From positions 114,888,001 to 114,952,000 of the forward strand of contig NW_024704742.1 of the NCBI RefSeq assembly GCF_018977255.1: a DNA stretch of 64,000 bases, in the 5' to 3' direction. The position numbers were made by a program, and so were the translations under genes. Positions 13,259 to 26,990 of the stretch are shown piece after piece. The stretch comes from Callorhinchus milii. Lineage: Eukaryota. Numbering within the stretch: position 1 is the stretch's first letter; each line of letters begins with the position of its first letter. The notes below the pieces were generated by a model that saw only the letters and a list, made by a program, of their open reading frames with translations, ran no database searches and was not told where the DNA came from.

Positions 13259-14687
13259 CTGAATTTAAAAAAAAAGTAAACATTACCTAGTATGGAAAAA
13301 ATAAACATGCAATAAAATATTCCTCAGTAAACATGACTATTTTATTTCAATTCATTTCCCATAAGAAACAGTTACACAATCTAGATATCTAATAAAACTG
13401 CACCTCACTGCTTATTCTTAGACCATCACACATACAACACGTTAGATTTGGGAAACATAAAGACATCCATTGAGCTGGCATTTCTGCAGATTTATCCAGC
13501 ATTAAACGTGCCTCTTTGAAGTTCTGCTTTGTCTCACATTCGATTCTTGAAATATACAAGTGGATGTGGAAGTTTTATGCCAAAACGCCAGCACTAACTA
13601 GTACTTAATGTAGAAACTCTTACATAGAAAGTAACGTAGAAATACTGTGGTTTATCCTCTTCAAAATTGCAAATCCTAACCATGAGGTAAATAAGTGCCA
13701 GCAAATCACAACATTTGAATCTGGTTTAACTGGACCCATTGGACAGGAGTTTAAAAGGGCAAACAAGGAGATCAATGAGAAGCTAGGGTTCTGAAACAGT
13801 GAAAAGCTAGTCATACATCAGTGCAATTAGAGAATGAAAGTACACTTTGTCCCTGTATTGCAAATCTAATATTCTATTTAAGATTCAGACTAATATTCCA
13901 CCTTTACACAATATTCAACGCACCCACAAAAAAAATTCTAAGTAATTGTCCACATAGTTTGTGAAACATGGCTGACGCAGACTGGTTTCCATGTCTATCT
14001 TCATCATAGCAGTCACTACACTTCAAAGTAACTCTTTTTGTTAAAACTATTAGAGATGCATCAACATGTTAAGCCACTATATTGAATGCAAGTATTATTC
14101 AATCTTATTTTATTGCTGATTAACCATTTTCACAATGAATTATCAAATCTAGGTCCAAAGTGTCTTGTTATTCAGGTGGACGTTAACACTTCCACTGATA
14201 CTATTTTAAGCAAAGGTGGAAGATTTCTCTCAGTTATCCTGGTTACTGTGCCTCCCTCATACTGCTTGTGCGATGTTAAATTACCTGCCATTGTTTGCCC
14301 ATACAGTAATATTGATTTAGTTTCTAATTATTCTCATTTTGTGGAATACTTCGAGATATTCATCCTATGTGAAAGGCGCTATCTATAGAACCCTAGAAAT
14401 TTATAGCACAGAAGAAAGCCATTCAGCCAATCGTGTCGGTGCTGGCTCTTTTGAACGCTAATCCTTTCAGACTGATTTACCTGCATTTCCCGGATTTTTA
14501 CATCACTAAGCCACACGTTGAGAAACAAGCATCTTTAGGAGACCAATAAGAGTATTGAGGTGATAACTGAGGGGTGGGGTCACTGGTACATGTTATAGTA
14601 TTCAATGATTGGTTTATGTAACACAGACACCCATTTTCTAATCTCTTAGCTCTAGTTTTCCCTTCAAGCTCAATCCTCTGTACCTAC

Positions 14688-14804
14688 TCCAGTAAGTTCA
14701 GCCACTCTACGCTGCAGTCAAGGACGAGCTGCTCTCGAAGCTGCAACAGACGCTTGTGCTGCTCCGCAATGAACGGAGTATGGAAACGGCACAGGGCTTT
14801 TGTA
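14688..14804 (-). CDS. MSH3: MSH3 exon 17 (117 nt)
   Basis: [38 protein letters not shown]; ccacag| and |gtaggt sites. Confidence 0.96.
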
Positions 14805-17485
14805 CTGTGGATTTAAAAAAGAGAGAGAAAATCAAGGTTACCAATCAATCGGTTATGTCAGCAGTAGAGGAAATCAAACTCACAGCAGCTTCTTTCTGAA
14901 TTAGCCTTGGAAAAAATAATCAATGGAGAAAATAAAAATCCCATTAACATACAAGACCCACAGTCAGTGCAGTTCATTATACTACAGGAAGCACTCAGTC
15001 ACTAAGGTACACACACTTGAAGAGAAGGTTTGCATTGTGCGATAAATTGAAGAGCTGTGCAGCCCAAACATCAATTTTTTTNACAAAAAAATCACAATTT
15101 TCCTTTCATTTATCGAAATGAATGGGGATACTGACTATGTGACAAACAACTCCAACAACAACCAAGTATCAAGTAAACCCAGCAGGTTCAGCATCATCTT
15201 GGTCTCGATCCATTGAAACTTGTATTTTTGTAAATACAAACAAAACAAAATAATCAAGTTGACGGACAACAATGCCCAAGCAGTTCAAAAAGCAAATAAA
15301 ATATTCTCTGTTTAGAGAGAGAGCACTTATCTTTGCAAATAATTTCAAAATCGTTCCCAAAGACAAAGCCCAGAGAGGTCACCAAACAACCACAAAAAAA
15401 ATGTGATCACTTTAGGTAAAAGAGTATCATCAAGACACACTGCACCCTCCCCCACTCCCCCCAAAGATCGCGAGGTTAGCTTAGCTCATTTGAGACACCA
15501 GGCCTAAAATTGGCCTCTGTGCCCTCGGTTAGAAGGGGGCAAATTATCCAAGGCTTCCACTCTCTCCTACTATCTTGAAACTCCTTCTGCAAGGTATGTG
15601 TGTTGTTGGGTAAGGATTACAGCTGCCTCTCTACAGTCCAATGGCCTGCCAACACTCACAAACAAAGCTCCCACATGAGCAACGGCCATGTGACAAACAA
15701 TAGGAGTTTTACAGGAGTTGCCAAAGAGCAGTGACTGCAGTACATATTGGCTACAAAATACCCAGATGCTTGAGTTCCCTGCTCTTACAGAGCGAGTCAG
15801 CCATACCATCAATATTGCTCATTAAAGTGATTACGATCAACATTTCTTTTCCCATTTCTGTTACTTGTGAATAATTTTGTTTATGGTGGTGAGAAAAATG
15901 TCTGATGCGATATACGTACGAACTCCGACAATGTGTCACTGACAAGATTGAATTCCCAAATGAAGAGTTTAAGTAGTCACTGAAGAACTACAGGTTAATC
16001 CCTATCCAATTGTGTTATTTTATCTCTCCCTTCCCTCCTTGTGCAGAAATTCCCTCCAGACTCCCTCCTCCTCCTCCCCTTGTCCAGACAGAGTCACTGC
16101 TGAACACACCCATGTTCAAAACAATCGATCAGTTTGCATTCAGGAAGATATGACGTTCTGGCATTTAGGTAACCATCCAGATGAAAGGAAGCCTGCTGAT
16201 GCATCTTGCTCTGATGTGCTGTCTTCTGCAAACTGCGCCTCAATTGTATCAACAGATGACAATGCTCTGAATGCAAGTTAATTCTATTATGTCCACCCAC
16301 TACTTAAAAATGAATGATTTCAAACAAGCAGTCCATTCACATATCGTCTCCACAGACCCAGGATAGTAAAACTAATTATGTCAGCATATAAGCACACACT
16401 AACAGCAGGAAGAACTTCCAGTGGAACACATTTTAATGATATTATTCTTCAAAATAATGGTCAGGTGTCCTTTTAATTCTGTACATATTTGCAGGAACAC
16501 TGAACAAATACGATAAGAGCAGACGGTCGCAGAGCTATCACAGCCTCATTCTCCGTGAGCTTTGAAATCCGCTTTTATTTTATTTTAAATGGAAAATGTG
16601 CATGTGTCCAGCTCACAGCACAGTGACCCATTTCAATAGAATTGAACTTTGGAGGGATGATAATTGAAATAATAAAAGCCGGACAATGAGGGTGAACTGT
16701 CAAGCCTCATATAATGTGGTTATAAGACGCCCATCACCCCCACCTCCCCGCCTCCAATCCCCAACTTGAGTGCCCAACCAGCACTGTCAAGTTCTTTGAG
16801 ACGTCCTGCCTCCACGAAAGGCACTATAAAAATGCAAATTGCACTGTATTGTATAATGTTATAATATTTGCGCAGCTCTCAGCGCGAAAAGAAAATTCTG
16901 GGTCATCAGGTCCCTGTCAGGATCACTTCCTGTTTGCTTCACAAAGCAGGAAATGCCGTTGACCATTTGTTTTGGGCAGGAGGCTAATATGGCTGACTTC
17001 CGGGACTTTAAGTCGCTTCCACCACTGCTTCCTGCTTTGCGCATGTACAAGGATGTGATGTCAACAGTGATCTAATGACAAAGGAAGGGATTAGAGGGGT
17101 AAAAGATAGGGGATTAGGAAGAGTAGATCCTTGTATGGAGTATAAACACTAGGACTGACAAGTTGGGCAGAATGTCCTGTTTTCGTGCTTTAATGTTCTA
17201 TGTAATTTTTAAAGATATGTTGAGAAGTTTATCAAGTCTGAATTCTCTCTTATTCTCCGAACCTTGCACATTTGTTAATATAACAACAAGATTACATTTC
17301 TATAGCACCTTTCACGTCGGGAGGACGTCCCAAGGCGCTGGACAGTGTACAGAATTTCAATAACAACAACAAAATTACATTTACAGAGCACCTTTCACAT
17401 CGGGAGGACGTCCCAAAGCGCTGAAACCCTCAGGTCCGTGAAAATTAAGCAAAGGAGGAGAGGTAGTGTATGAGGATGGAGTGTA

Positions 17486-17772
17486 AATAATAATAATAAT
17501 CCTTGCATTTGATATTATGCCTTTCACATCTTCTAGATGTTTCAAAGCGCTTCATTGAATATACTGTAAAGTGAATTGACTGTATATTTGTGGGCGACTG
17601 CACACAGCAGTGTCCCACAAACAGTCATGGAATCAAGTGGCCAATTTATTATTGTTTTTTTCTTGAGGGATTGAGTAAGGAAACTTGCCCAAGGTTTTGC
17701 CCTGCTGGGAATCGAACCCAGGTCTCTGGCTTGCGAGATGAGTGCTCTAATCACTGAGCTACAGGACTCCAC
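17486..17772 (-). mobile_element. SINE family A copy
   Basis: Head through (TAT)n tail homologous to 1919-2232. Confidence 0.88.
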
Positions 17773-18513
17773 TATAAAGCATGAAATATAACATAGCACA
17801 ATATAGCATTAAATTAACAAGCACTGTATAAACCCTGGTTGTTCAATTACACATACAGTATATCTGATTTGCCTCGCTAGGGAAGACATGATAAGCAGGA
17901 AAGTTCTGGCAATTTTATCGACTTGCAGTAACACAACACAAGATAAGGATTAAACTATGTGAAAGGAGTGTGTGTCCCTGCACGGGTAGTGGAATTACGC
18001 AATTATCCTCAAATCTAATGTCAGAACACTAAGCATGACAAGAACACTTCAAATTATCAACGTTCACAATGCCTGACATTTTAACAACTTTATAAAGTGC
18101 CCTTCACGCAGGATAGTTTATCAGAGCCCTGTAAGGTGGTGAGGTTTGATACCAAAGGAGAAAGAGGAGGGGACCACAGTCAAAGAAGTGGGTCTTTAGG
18201 TGGGATTTAAAGATAGATTTGGTAGGGGGGGGAGGGGTGGGAATGGAGGTATTAAAGCAGGGATTTACGGTGTATTTGTTTAGCCACTATGGGCACGGCT
18301 ACCGATGGTGGTGCAGAGGGGACAGGCCTGTGTTAACTGAGTTTCAGCACAAGTTTTAATCTCTTCTTCACTAACTTGACACAATTCCAACTTCTTAACA
18401 ATCCGATCTAATGCTCCTTGATGTTTGACACATTGATCCACGCTCGCAGAGCTTCGCTTGGTGCCTGAGGAAATTTTAGCTTTGGACACACCATAAATAA
18501 TTGAGCATAACGA

Positions 18514-18907
18514 TAATAATAATAATCCTTGCAATTTATATAGCGACTTATCATGTCTTCAAGACGTCTCAAAGCGCTTCATAGAATACACTGTAAAGTG
18601 AAATGACTGTATATTTTGTGAGCGAAACGTGACAGCTAATTGCGCACAGCAGTGTCCCACAAACAGTCATGGATTGAGTGACCAAATTTTTTTTTAAAAG
18701 GATTATTACCCCTGAAAAAGCAATCCACCAATCGACTAACAACCAGGTTTCTACTTACTGCGAGATAAACAGAGGCGTTTGGTGTAAGGAAACTTGCACA
18801 ACGTTTCTCCCTGCAGGGAATCAAACCCAGGTCTCTCACTTGCAAACCCAGGTCTCTCATTTGCAAGGCAAGGCAAGTGCATCCTAAGCTACCCTACAAA
18901 GACTCCC
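18514..18907 (-). mobile_element. SINE family A copy, long form, with a 21-bp tandem duplication in the head
   Basis: Homology to other copies; caaacccaggtctctca(c/t)ttg occurs twice. Confidence 0.88.
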
Positions 18908-18989
18908 CGTCATCAAGCACAGGAGTATTGAAGCCAGTTCTGGACTGATGAATAGATTCTATCCATACAAGCTTTGATCAATGCGCTCA

Positions 18990-19380
18990 ATCTGAGCAAA
19001 TCTGTGTCAACCTATCAGTCAGAAGATTGTGAGTTCGAGCACCCACTTTGGAATTTGTAACTCAGTCTATGCTGACACCAATGCTGTCTACGTAGACATC
19101 ATAGTCTATGTTAACCCCAATGTAGTCCTGGGAAGTGCTGTATTGTTTGAGATGCTGTCTTTTGTATGTAATGTTAAACCGAGGTCCTGTCTGCCTGTTC
19201 AAGTGGATGTTAAAGATCACTTGGCTGTATTTAAAAAAAGAGAGTTTCTCCTGGTATTCTGGCTAACAATTCTACCCCTATGCCCCCAGAATTGGTCATT
19301 CACTTCATGGCGGTTTATGGGTCTTTGCCATGCATAAATAGGCTCCTGCGGTCACCTACAAAATACACAGTCACCTCGAA
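18990..19380 (+). mobile_element. Deu-domain SINE, family B
   Basis: gttaaaccgaggtcctgtctgcctgttcaagtggatgttaaagatc Deu core after a degenerate tRNA-like head. Confidence 0.8.
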
Positions 19381-19679
19381 CAATGCAAAATACACAGTCA
19401 CCTCGAACCCCTGCATTGCCAGGAATGTCAAACTATACTCCGCGAGTCCAAAGTCTTGACATGGGGGTTGAAACCACAACCCTTCTGACTCAGAGGCGAG
19501 AATACGATCAACTGAGCAGGACCGACATCGACTAAGCCAGGATGACAAGTGAACCACTGGTAGAAATTATTTTTNAACAGCAAAGAAGAATGCCATTCGG
19601 CTCATCGTATAATCGAACGTCAGAAGGAATATTGAACATTTTATAAATGGATGAGCAAAGAATCAGTGTCACTGCATAC

Positions 19680-19744
19680 CTGGAAACTTTCACCCAATTC
19701 TTTGGAATCATAGGGAGCAGAGAATTTTTGACCTCAATCAGAAA
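19680..19744 (-). CDS. MSH3: MSH3 exon 16 (65 nt)
   Basis: FLIEVKNSLLPMIPKNWVKVS; tcccag| and |gtatgc sites. Confidence 0.95.
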
Positions 19745-20689
19745 CTGGGAAGATAAAACAGGATTATTGTTACAATCTACACAACACACATTGAGCTAAG
19801 CCGATGGGATCACAATCCAATAACACTGTAACTGGAACTCCTGTTGTCTCTCAGATGACTGCCACAGCTCAGTCACAATCGGACGCCTTTTGGTGGAATG
19901 TAAGATAATCACAAAAAGAATTAAAGGGGAAATCTTCGAAAAACAATTATTTGCACAGAAGGTGGTTGGAAAATGAAAGTCTCTGCCACAAACTCTTAAT
20001 GGAGCAGAACCCATAAATTATTTTGAAAGCAAATAAGACAAATGCTTGAAGACGAATGTTAAAGAGATCAGGGAAGAGAGCAGGCAAATGAGATAAGATT
20101 ATATTACAGCAAGACGGTTATTAACATTAGTTGAGACCAGCGCCATAGTGAACAAAAAGTAAACGGTGCAGTTAATTTGACATCACAAAAAAAACATAAA
20201 TTGACAATAGTGCTAACTAAAAAAACTAACTATTCATAAAATTCAGTGTGTAATGTTCATATTATCCTTCCCGCAGAGAGCCGCAGAGTACATCGTTTAT
20301 GAGCCAGGCTGAATGGTCTTAGTTTAGTTGGGTGACTGCCAAAGGCTACAGCTGGCCAGTTGTTTTTATAGTATTGAAAGAAGTGGGATTTATTAAGCAA
20401 CTACCAGCAAGGATTGCTGAAAATTGCTGAAGAGCATTTTGCAATGCAAATTGCAGTGACACCTTGATTGTGCGAACCATCATTTGTTTTAATATTGCAT
20501 TATGAATAAAAAGTATCCATTGTACTGCTTATAAACCTATTAAGAAGAGTCTACATTTTTCAAATGCGATTGTGATTCTGTCATTCATTTTAGAATTTTG
20601 ATTGCTGGCCGATTTATTGCAGGTAAATGTTCACATGAAAAGCTAGGCAGTATGGTCAAATTATGTATTTTATTTACGTATTTGAGTGT

Positions 20690-21218
20690 TGAGTGAGTAC
20701 TGTGTCCAATTCCGGGAACCACATGTTAGGAAGGATGTCAGGGCCTGGGAGAAGGTACAGAGAAGATTTACAAGAATTATACCAGAGATGAGGGTTTAAA
20801 ATTATGTGGAGAGACCAGAGAGGCTGGGATTCATCTCCTTAGAGCAGAGAAGGTTGAGGGAAGATTTAATAGAGGTGTTCAAAATTATGAGGGGTTTTGA
20901 TAGAGTAGATAAGGAGAAACGGTTTCCTCTGGCAGATGGAAAGATTTAAGATAATTGGCAAAAAAAACAGAGGGGAAACAAGGAGAAATGTTTTGACCCA
21001 GAGTTGTTACGATCTGGAATTCACAGCCTGAAAGGGTAGTGGAAACAGATTCAACAATAAGCTTTAAAAGTGAATTAGATAGGTACGTACAAAGGAAAAA
21101 ATTGCAAGGATATGGGGTAAGAGCGGGGGAGTGGGACTAGTTGGTAGCTTTGTCAAAGAATCGGCAAAGGATGAGCCAAATGGCCTCCTTCTGTACCGTA
21201 AAATTCTATGATTCTATG
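20690..21218 (+). mobile_element. CR1 LINE 3' portion
   Basis: gagtactgtgtccaattc (EYCVQF) through the attctatgattctatg tail; homologous to 6355-7125. Confidence 0.92.
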
Positions 21219-21348
21219 TGGAATCAAGAGGGCTACCAACCAAGCCAATCTGACAAGCTTTTGTGTTGTGTGTATTCAAGCCTACCAGAAAGCATGCTAG
21301 CACTCAAATACCACTTCACTGGCACTCTTTTGACCTGGACTATTTTAC

Positions 21349-21517
21349 CTCTAGCCCTGAAACTGTAGCGTAATTAAACGAGGGCTTCTTCAGGATCAAT
21401 CGGATCTCGCTGCAATGCTCCTGAAGTTGGGAAAGGACATCCCAAATCTCCTCCTTTCTCTGTTGAATTATAGGGAAGTCGGTGAGGTCTGCAAAGAGTC
21501 CAGTTTTATCACCTACC
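21349..21517 (-). CDS. MSH3: MSH3 exon 15 (169 nt)
   Basis: VGDKTGLFADLTDFPIIQQRKEEIWDVLSQLQEHCSEIRLILKKPSFNYATVSGLE; ttccag| and |gtaaaa sites. Confidence 0.96.
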
Positions 21518-22331
21518 CTGGAAGCAAGATCAGACACAGCTTCAACATTTAGGTTACAGACAGTGCATCGATTTGCATTTTTTCATCTAAAATTCTTTTT
21601 ACAATTGGAAAGGGTATTATTTTGCTGTTAGAATTCTTAGTACTGCTTCAGGAGATTTAAAGGAGAGCTTTGTTTTAAATTAAAGGTTTACTTATTCCAA
21701 ATGTAATTTTCTTTTGTAAAACATTTAAAAGCAGCCCACCCTCATTCCATCTGGTCCTCTAACAAGCCAAAGTCATCCAAGTTCAAACGCAGCAATGAGT
21801 CTAATAATATTTCACAATTACCACAAGTCAGTAAGGAAACCAAACCCATGTTATTTAGGAAACTCAGGTTACAGATTAGAGCGAGGAGGGAAAAAAATGT
21901 CCAGCACTAGCTTCCTGTCTGTGCAGCATAACCAGGAATGGCTGGCAGGGCAGGGGATTTAATTTTTAAATAAAAGTGATAAGTAAGAGAACAAGAAAAA
22001 CAGGTTTATTTTTAATTCCAAGCAAAGGAATTGTCAGATTAACCCTCGGAGAACCTCTGGCATGTTACTCCCTCCTGGTGGTGCCATGGATAGAATAACA
22101 GCAATGTTCCAGGCTACAACACACCTAAGCCTCGATGATAATAATAAGTGCAGGAATCCTGGAATCCTGTTTCTTCTAGACAATATGATTTGTTGAAAGA
22201 AATATATGCAGAACAAATAAAAGTACTATTCCACATTAAATAAATTACACGTACAAAGGAGATGAAGGCTAGCACATTGAGAAGGTTGGAAGGACAAATA
22301 GCACCTATGCAATCATTACTGCTGAACCTAC

Positions 22332-22519
22332 CTGGCTGCTTTTTCATTTAGAATCTTTAAATAATGCTGCACAGGGGCCAAAAGCTGTGGCAGCTCCAAA
22401 AGAATATTACGCAGAAGCGAAGAATGCAACTGGGATTCAGCAGCTGGAACCAGTGCTCGGAAGGTTGTCTCGATACAGGATAAACTGCTGACAAGCAGGA
22501 AGAACTCCCTTGTGGAACA
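22332..22519 (-). CDS. MSH3: MSH3 exon 14 (188 nt)
   Basis: CSTREFFLLVSSLSCIETTFRALVPAAESQLHSSLLRNILLELPQLLAPVQHYLKILNEKAA; ttttatag| and |gtaggt sites. Confidence 0.96.
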
Positions 22520-23029
22520 CTATAAAAAAAACATTGTGATCGATTACAGGCTTTGGCAAATACACTCAATTATTCACATGATTAACATATACCCCTCTCC
22601 TACAATCTCCCAGCTACAACTGACACCCAAAATACCACGATAATCATCTTAAAATTTAAGATTGTGCGGAAGTTTGGAAATGACTTAAAACTTCAGAAGC
22701 TGATTTTCTGTGGTTATCTTATATAACGAACAATCAGCTACCGAATTAAGACTGAATTTACCAATTTCCTCAAAATTGCACACAATCTTATTTTTTGACA
22801 CACTGGTTTATTTTTAAACCTCTACTTACTCTGAACTTTCAGCGTTATTTTTCTCCGAACTGAAATACAGTGGGCTGCTAGTCATCTAAATCGGTCTTAT
22901 TATTATTAATTATTTATAATAATTTACATTTGATATAGCACCTTTTCATGACCGAAGGCCATCTCAAAGCACTTCACAGTATTTACTGTAAAAGGGAGGA
23001 CTGCATATTTGTCGAACACAACTGTGCGA

Positions 23030-23300
23030 TATATTGTTGAAAGAGCCATCCTTTGGGTGAGATGTAAAAACTGAGGTCCCATCTACCTATTCAGGTGGAC
23101 ATTAAAGATCCAATGACACTGTTTGAGAATAGAAGATAGCTTCTCTTATTGTCCTGGCCAACCATCCCCCTGATAACATTGGCCATTCACTTCATAGTTG
23201 TGCAAAAACTGGCTGCTGTGACACCTACAAAATACTGATAAACACTGTGAAACGCTTTGAGATATCCTCCCAACATGAAAGGCACAGCATCAGATCAAAA
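23030..23300 (+). mobile_element. Deu-domain SINE, family B fragment
   Basis: ttcaggtggacattaaagatcc...gtcctggccaac core and tail. Confidence 0.75.
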
Positions 23301-23638
23301 AGTTGTTCTAAAGATGATTACTGTTATTATCAATAATAATATACTATTATAAGAAATCGCACAAAGTCCATCACCTATAATTTACTATCAAATAAAAGGA
23401 GATTAAATCAAGCCTGATTCCCAGTGTATAGATACAGGGGAATCCTTAGATACAAATTGGAAAATCCACATTCTCCAACAGGATTACTGGATGAAGCACA
23501 TGCAATCAAGATTCAATCCCAGTCACGTGTATAACTGAAAAATCATTTGTGGACTTCTTTGCTGGCATTTTCTAAATAGATTAAAAAGTGCTCCAAGCGA
23601 TGACCTGGCATTAGTTTACGCTCATTGCATTTATGTAC

Positions 23639-23771
23639 CTTTTTGTGATAAATGCTACAGATGCCTCTCTCCAGATCAGGCAGCTTAAACAGCAGCTTCT
23701 GGGTTTTTGCCAAGACGATGGACTCTGATGACAGGATTTCACTGATTGCATCCAAACGAGCATTAACCTCT
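23639..23771 (-). CDS. MSH3: MSH3 exon 13 (133 nt)
   Basis: [44 protein letters not shown]; cgcag| and |gtacat sites. Confidence 0.96.
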
Positions 23772-24960
23772 CTGCGGAACACCAGGGTGGGATTGAAGAA
23801 GACAATTAAAATGAGCGACTATCAACTTTCAAAAGAGGGGCCCATTTAAACTCGTACATGTCAACCAAAAGGCTTCAGGAAGACGCAGAGTTTCTTTTGA
23901 AAAACTAACCTCTGCAAAATACATGCAAAATAAAAAATATATACATATAGGCATTTTTTTTTTGCCAGTGTTGTAATATTTAACACTGAACCCCTTTTCT
24001 TGCTATATTCAAGAGCAGAATTGTCTTGACTAAATGCGGGGTTGTTTACACGAAAAGTGCTCCTGCAGATTGGTTTGTTTTAAAATAAACTAAAATCATG
24101 AGTTAATTATTCATCATGTGTAAATGATGTCAGTGCCTAAATGATTTGTTGTTCTTATTGTTGTTGTACAGAGTACCAGCACACTGCACTGGATAAGTTC
24201 ATCTGGAAACCATTTCTTTCAAGACATTTGTCTTATCATAGTCCTTTCAAGGTAAGCCAATTCCAAATTGGTAAGACACAGTTATTAATCGCTCCATGTG
24301 TGTCTGTCACCAGAATGATTGGAAGGAGTGATGCCGATCACAGTTAAGCATCCAAATAATTGCACGGGGTCATTACAATACTGTTGAAATGTCCTTGCGA
24401 TGCGGTCAGATTCTCTCTGTTCTGTGTAAAGCAGTACATTTATATAGTGCCTTTCACGGCCTAAAGGAATATTTCAAAGGGTTTGGTAAATGTAGTGGAG
24501 CACAGCAAGCAAAGATATAAAGAAACAAACATGTTGAGCAATAACATGGTTGAAGAGATATTTTTGCGAGGTTTAGGAATATAAAATTACTGGCTTCTTG
24601 GACCCCAGGAAGAATATTTAACAGCATGTAAGATTGATGACCAACGTGTCTATGTCTGCAGTTTTCTTCTGCCTGTGTCATTTCTCAAGCACTCTTACTG
24701 TCTGTCCATTCATTCATATTAAGGTGCAGAGTGCACGATTCAGGACTGAAACTTTAGGCTTTAAAGGTTAATCTCCAGTTTAATCGTCTGCACATATGGC
24801 ATGCTCAATCCCCACCGAGTTGCCAATCCTGCTGCACACATTAATCCTAAAAATAAAAGTTTTCCAATTTTTGGAAAAGGGTCAGGAGGACCGCCTCTGA
24901 AAATAAGGTGACCATTTGACCGAGATCCTTACCTCTGGCCCCAACCACTATCAAACAAGC

Positions 24961-25191
24961 AAAATGTATTGGCCTTAATCCAGGCAATTGTTTCTACAAT
25001 TTGGCATTTAAATTAAAACAATGGTGTTAAGAATAAAGGTGCCATACAGTCCAGAAGGACACAAGTTCAAATCCCATGTGAGCTGATCTCAGCCAGCGCC
25101 AGAATTGCTCTCAGTCCCCACCCCTCAGTTAGGAAAGGGGAAAATCAGCTTGGATTCTCACTCCTGATAACTAATGCACTGACTTTCCTAG
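24961..25191 (+). repeat. 231-bp local direct duplication, copy 1
   Basis: 5 substitutions and no indels versus 26156-26386 by manual alignment. Confidence 0.97.
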
Positions 25192-25322
25192 GCCACTATT
25201 AAACAAGCACTCCAGCCCTCGAGCGCAGAACTTTCAAACATTTGTGGCAGCAAATTCATCTTTTATTACTTTAAGTCCAATTTAGCCTTTTCCCAATATT
25301 AGCCAAAGTGAACAGGGCTAAC

Positions 25323-25432
25323 CTTGCTTTTATTAAAGGCTGCGTCACCCACTTCTTCAGCAGTCGTCTTCCGAAGGGACTCCGCGTATGATCAAGGACC
25401 CAGAGGAGACTGGCTCTCGTACTACCAGTGGT
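25323..25432 (-). CDS. MSH3: MSH3 exon 12 (110 nt)
   Basis: [36 protein letters not shown]; (CT)n-cag| acceptor and |gttagc donor. Confidence 0.96.
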
Positions 25433-25434
25433 CT

Positions 25435-25435
25435 G

Positions 25436-25461
<26 letters not shown>
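25435..25461. repeat. (GA)n/(TC)n microsatellite forming the exon 12 polypyrimidine tract
   Basis: About 13 perfect units directly upstream of the exon 12 acceptor AG. Confidence 0.95.
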
Positions 25462-25467
<6 letters not shown>

Positions 25468-26155
25468 TTAGGAAAGAAATTCTTCAGTTTCATATAGAAT
25501 TGATTATAGAATTCATATAGAATTGATTTAATTTATGTTTTTGACAGTGGGATTGAAATAGCACTGGGTCAGGTCACCTCAACTGGAGAAAACATCATAG
25601 AACGACATCCTGCTATCAAGCTATGTACATGACTGAGTCGTGCCCATTTATGCTGAATTTTCCTGACAATGGCTTTTCCAACCCAACCCCATTAAATTAG
25701 TTTTTCTTGTTTTTTTTAAATTAAACAAAATTTTAAAAAGTACCAGAGCCTATAAGGGATAAAATTCCAACAAGATCTAGATTTACTCTAGAAAAAGTTG
25801 GCATTTCAGAAGCCAGAATTTAGCAAATACAGCCTTCATTTTGAAGCCCGTCTCCTGTAACTTAAGTTTTTAAGAACTGCACAAAAACAGTTTCAAGGAT
25901 TGAATTTAACAACTTACCAAATTCTGAACGTTCTGATAAGTTACGATAATAGAGTAAATCTAGAGCCCGGTGGAATTTTACCCCACATTTTCCAGTTACA
26001 CCAAAAAAGCATCATTCATTATAATTTGTGCTACAGCTTTCTGCTCTTCTTTTTTACCACCATTCCTACAGACCCACTACACAAACAAAACAGAAACACT
26101 CACCTATATGAAGACTACAACTGCTTGTAACTAGAGCAGATAGGTCATGGACGCA

Positions 26156-26386
26156 AAAATGTATTGGCCTTAATCCAGGCAATTGTTTCTACAATTTGGC
26201 ATTTAAATTAAAACAATGGTTTTAAGAATAAAGGTGCCATACAGTCCAGAAGGACACAAGTTCAAATCCCATGTGAGCTGATCTCAGCCAGCACCAGAAT
26301 TGCTCTCAGTCCCCACCCCTCAGTTAGGAAAAGGGAAAATCAGCTTGGATTCTCACTCCTGATAACTGATGCACTGACTCTCCTAG
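26156..26386 (+). repeat. 231-bp local direct duplication, copy 2
   Basis: Same sequence as 24961-25191, offset by 1195 bp. Confidence 0.97.
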
Positions 26387-26990
26387 AATACGCATGTATA
26401 TGGATGTTGGTTGAGGACAGGATTGGGCTTTAAAAATGGAGTGTGAATAACATTCTTGATCTCATCCTTTGAAGGGACCCATTAGATTTTAGGCATGTTT
26501 CAGGATTTGCTATGATTCAATTCTGAGGTGGCTGGATGTTCAAATATGATTTTCTTCTGCAGACAAGTGCAATATATTGTTGGCCCACCGCCCAAGAACT
26601 CCTATTAGCTGCACATTAGTGAAAGCAGCACAAAGACAACACCGACTGTCAAAGCAGAAAAACTTCAGACAAAGTCATTGATATGAATACTTTAATCCAG
26701 GTGTGGGGCAGGATGTTGGAAGAAACTATCCTCTCTATTCGAATAATCGCACAGAATCTTTTACGCGCTCCTCAACAGACAGATGAGCCCCCAGTTATTG
26801 TTTCCCTCAAAAGACATCACCTCTCACAATGCAATGCTCCCCCATTAGTGGGACCGGAGTGTCAGCCTGGACTGTGAACTCAATCCGTTCATTTGATCGG
26901 TAGCAGTGGCTCAGTGTATATTGGCTCCAGCAAAACCAAAGAATTACGAAATGTAGCCGAAACTTCATTTGATTTGACTTTCACTCTGAC

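Noticed and set aside
19359..19408. 22-bp direct repeat aaaatacacagtcacctcgaac, plus similar micro-duplications near 12042, 25489 and 39346
   Set aside because: Ordinary slippage duplications with no sign of function.
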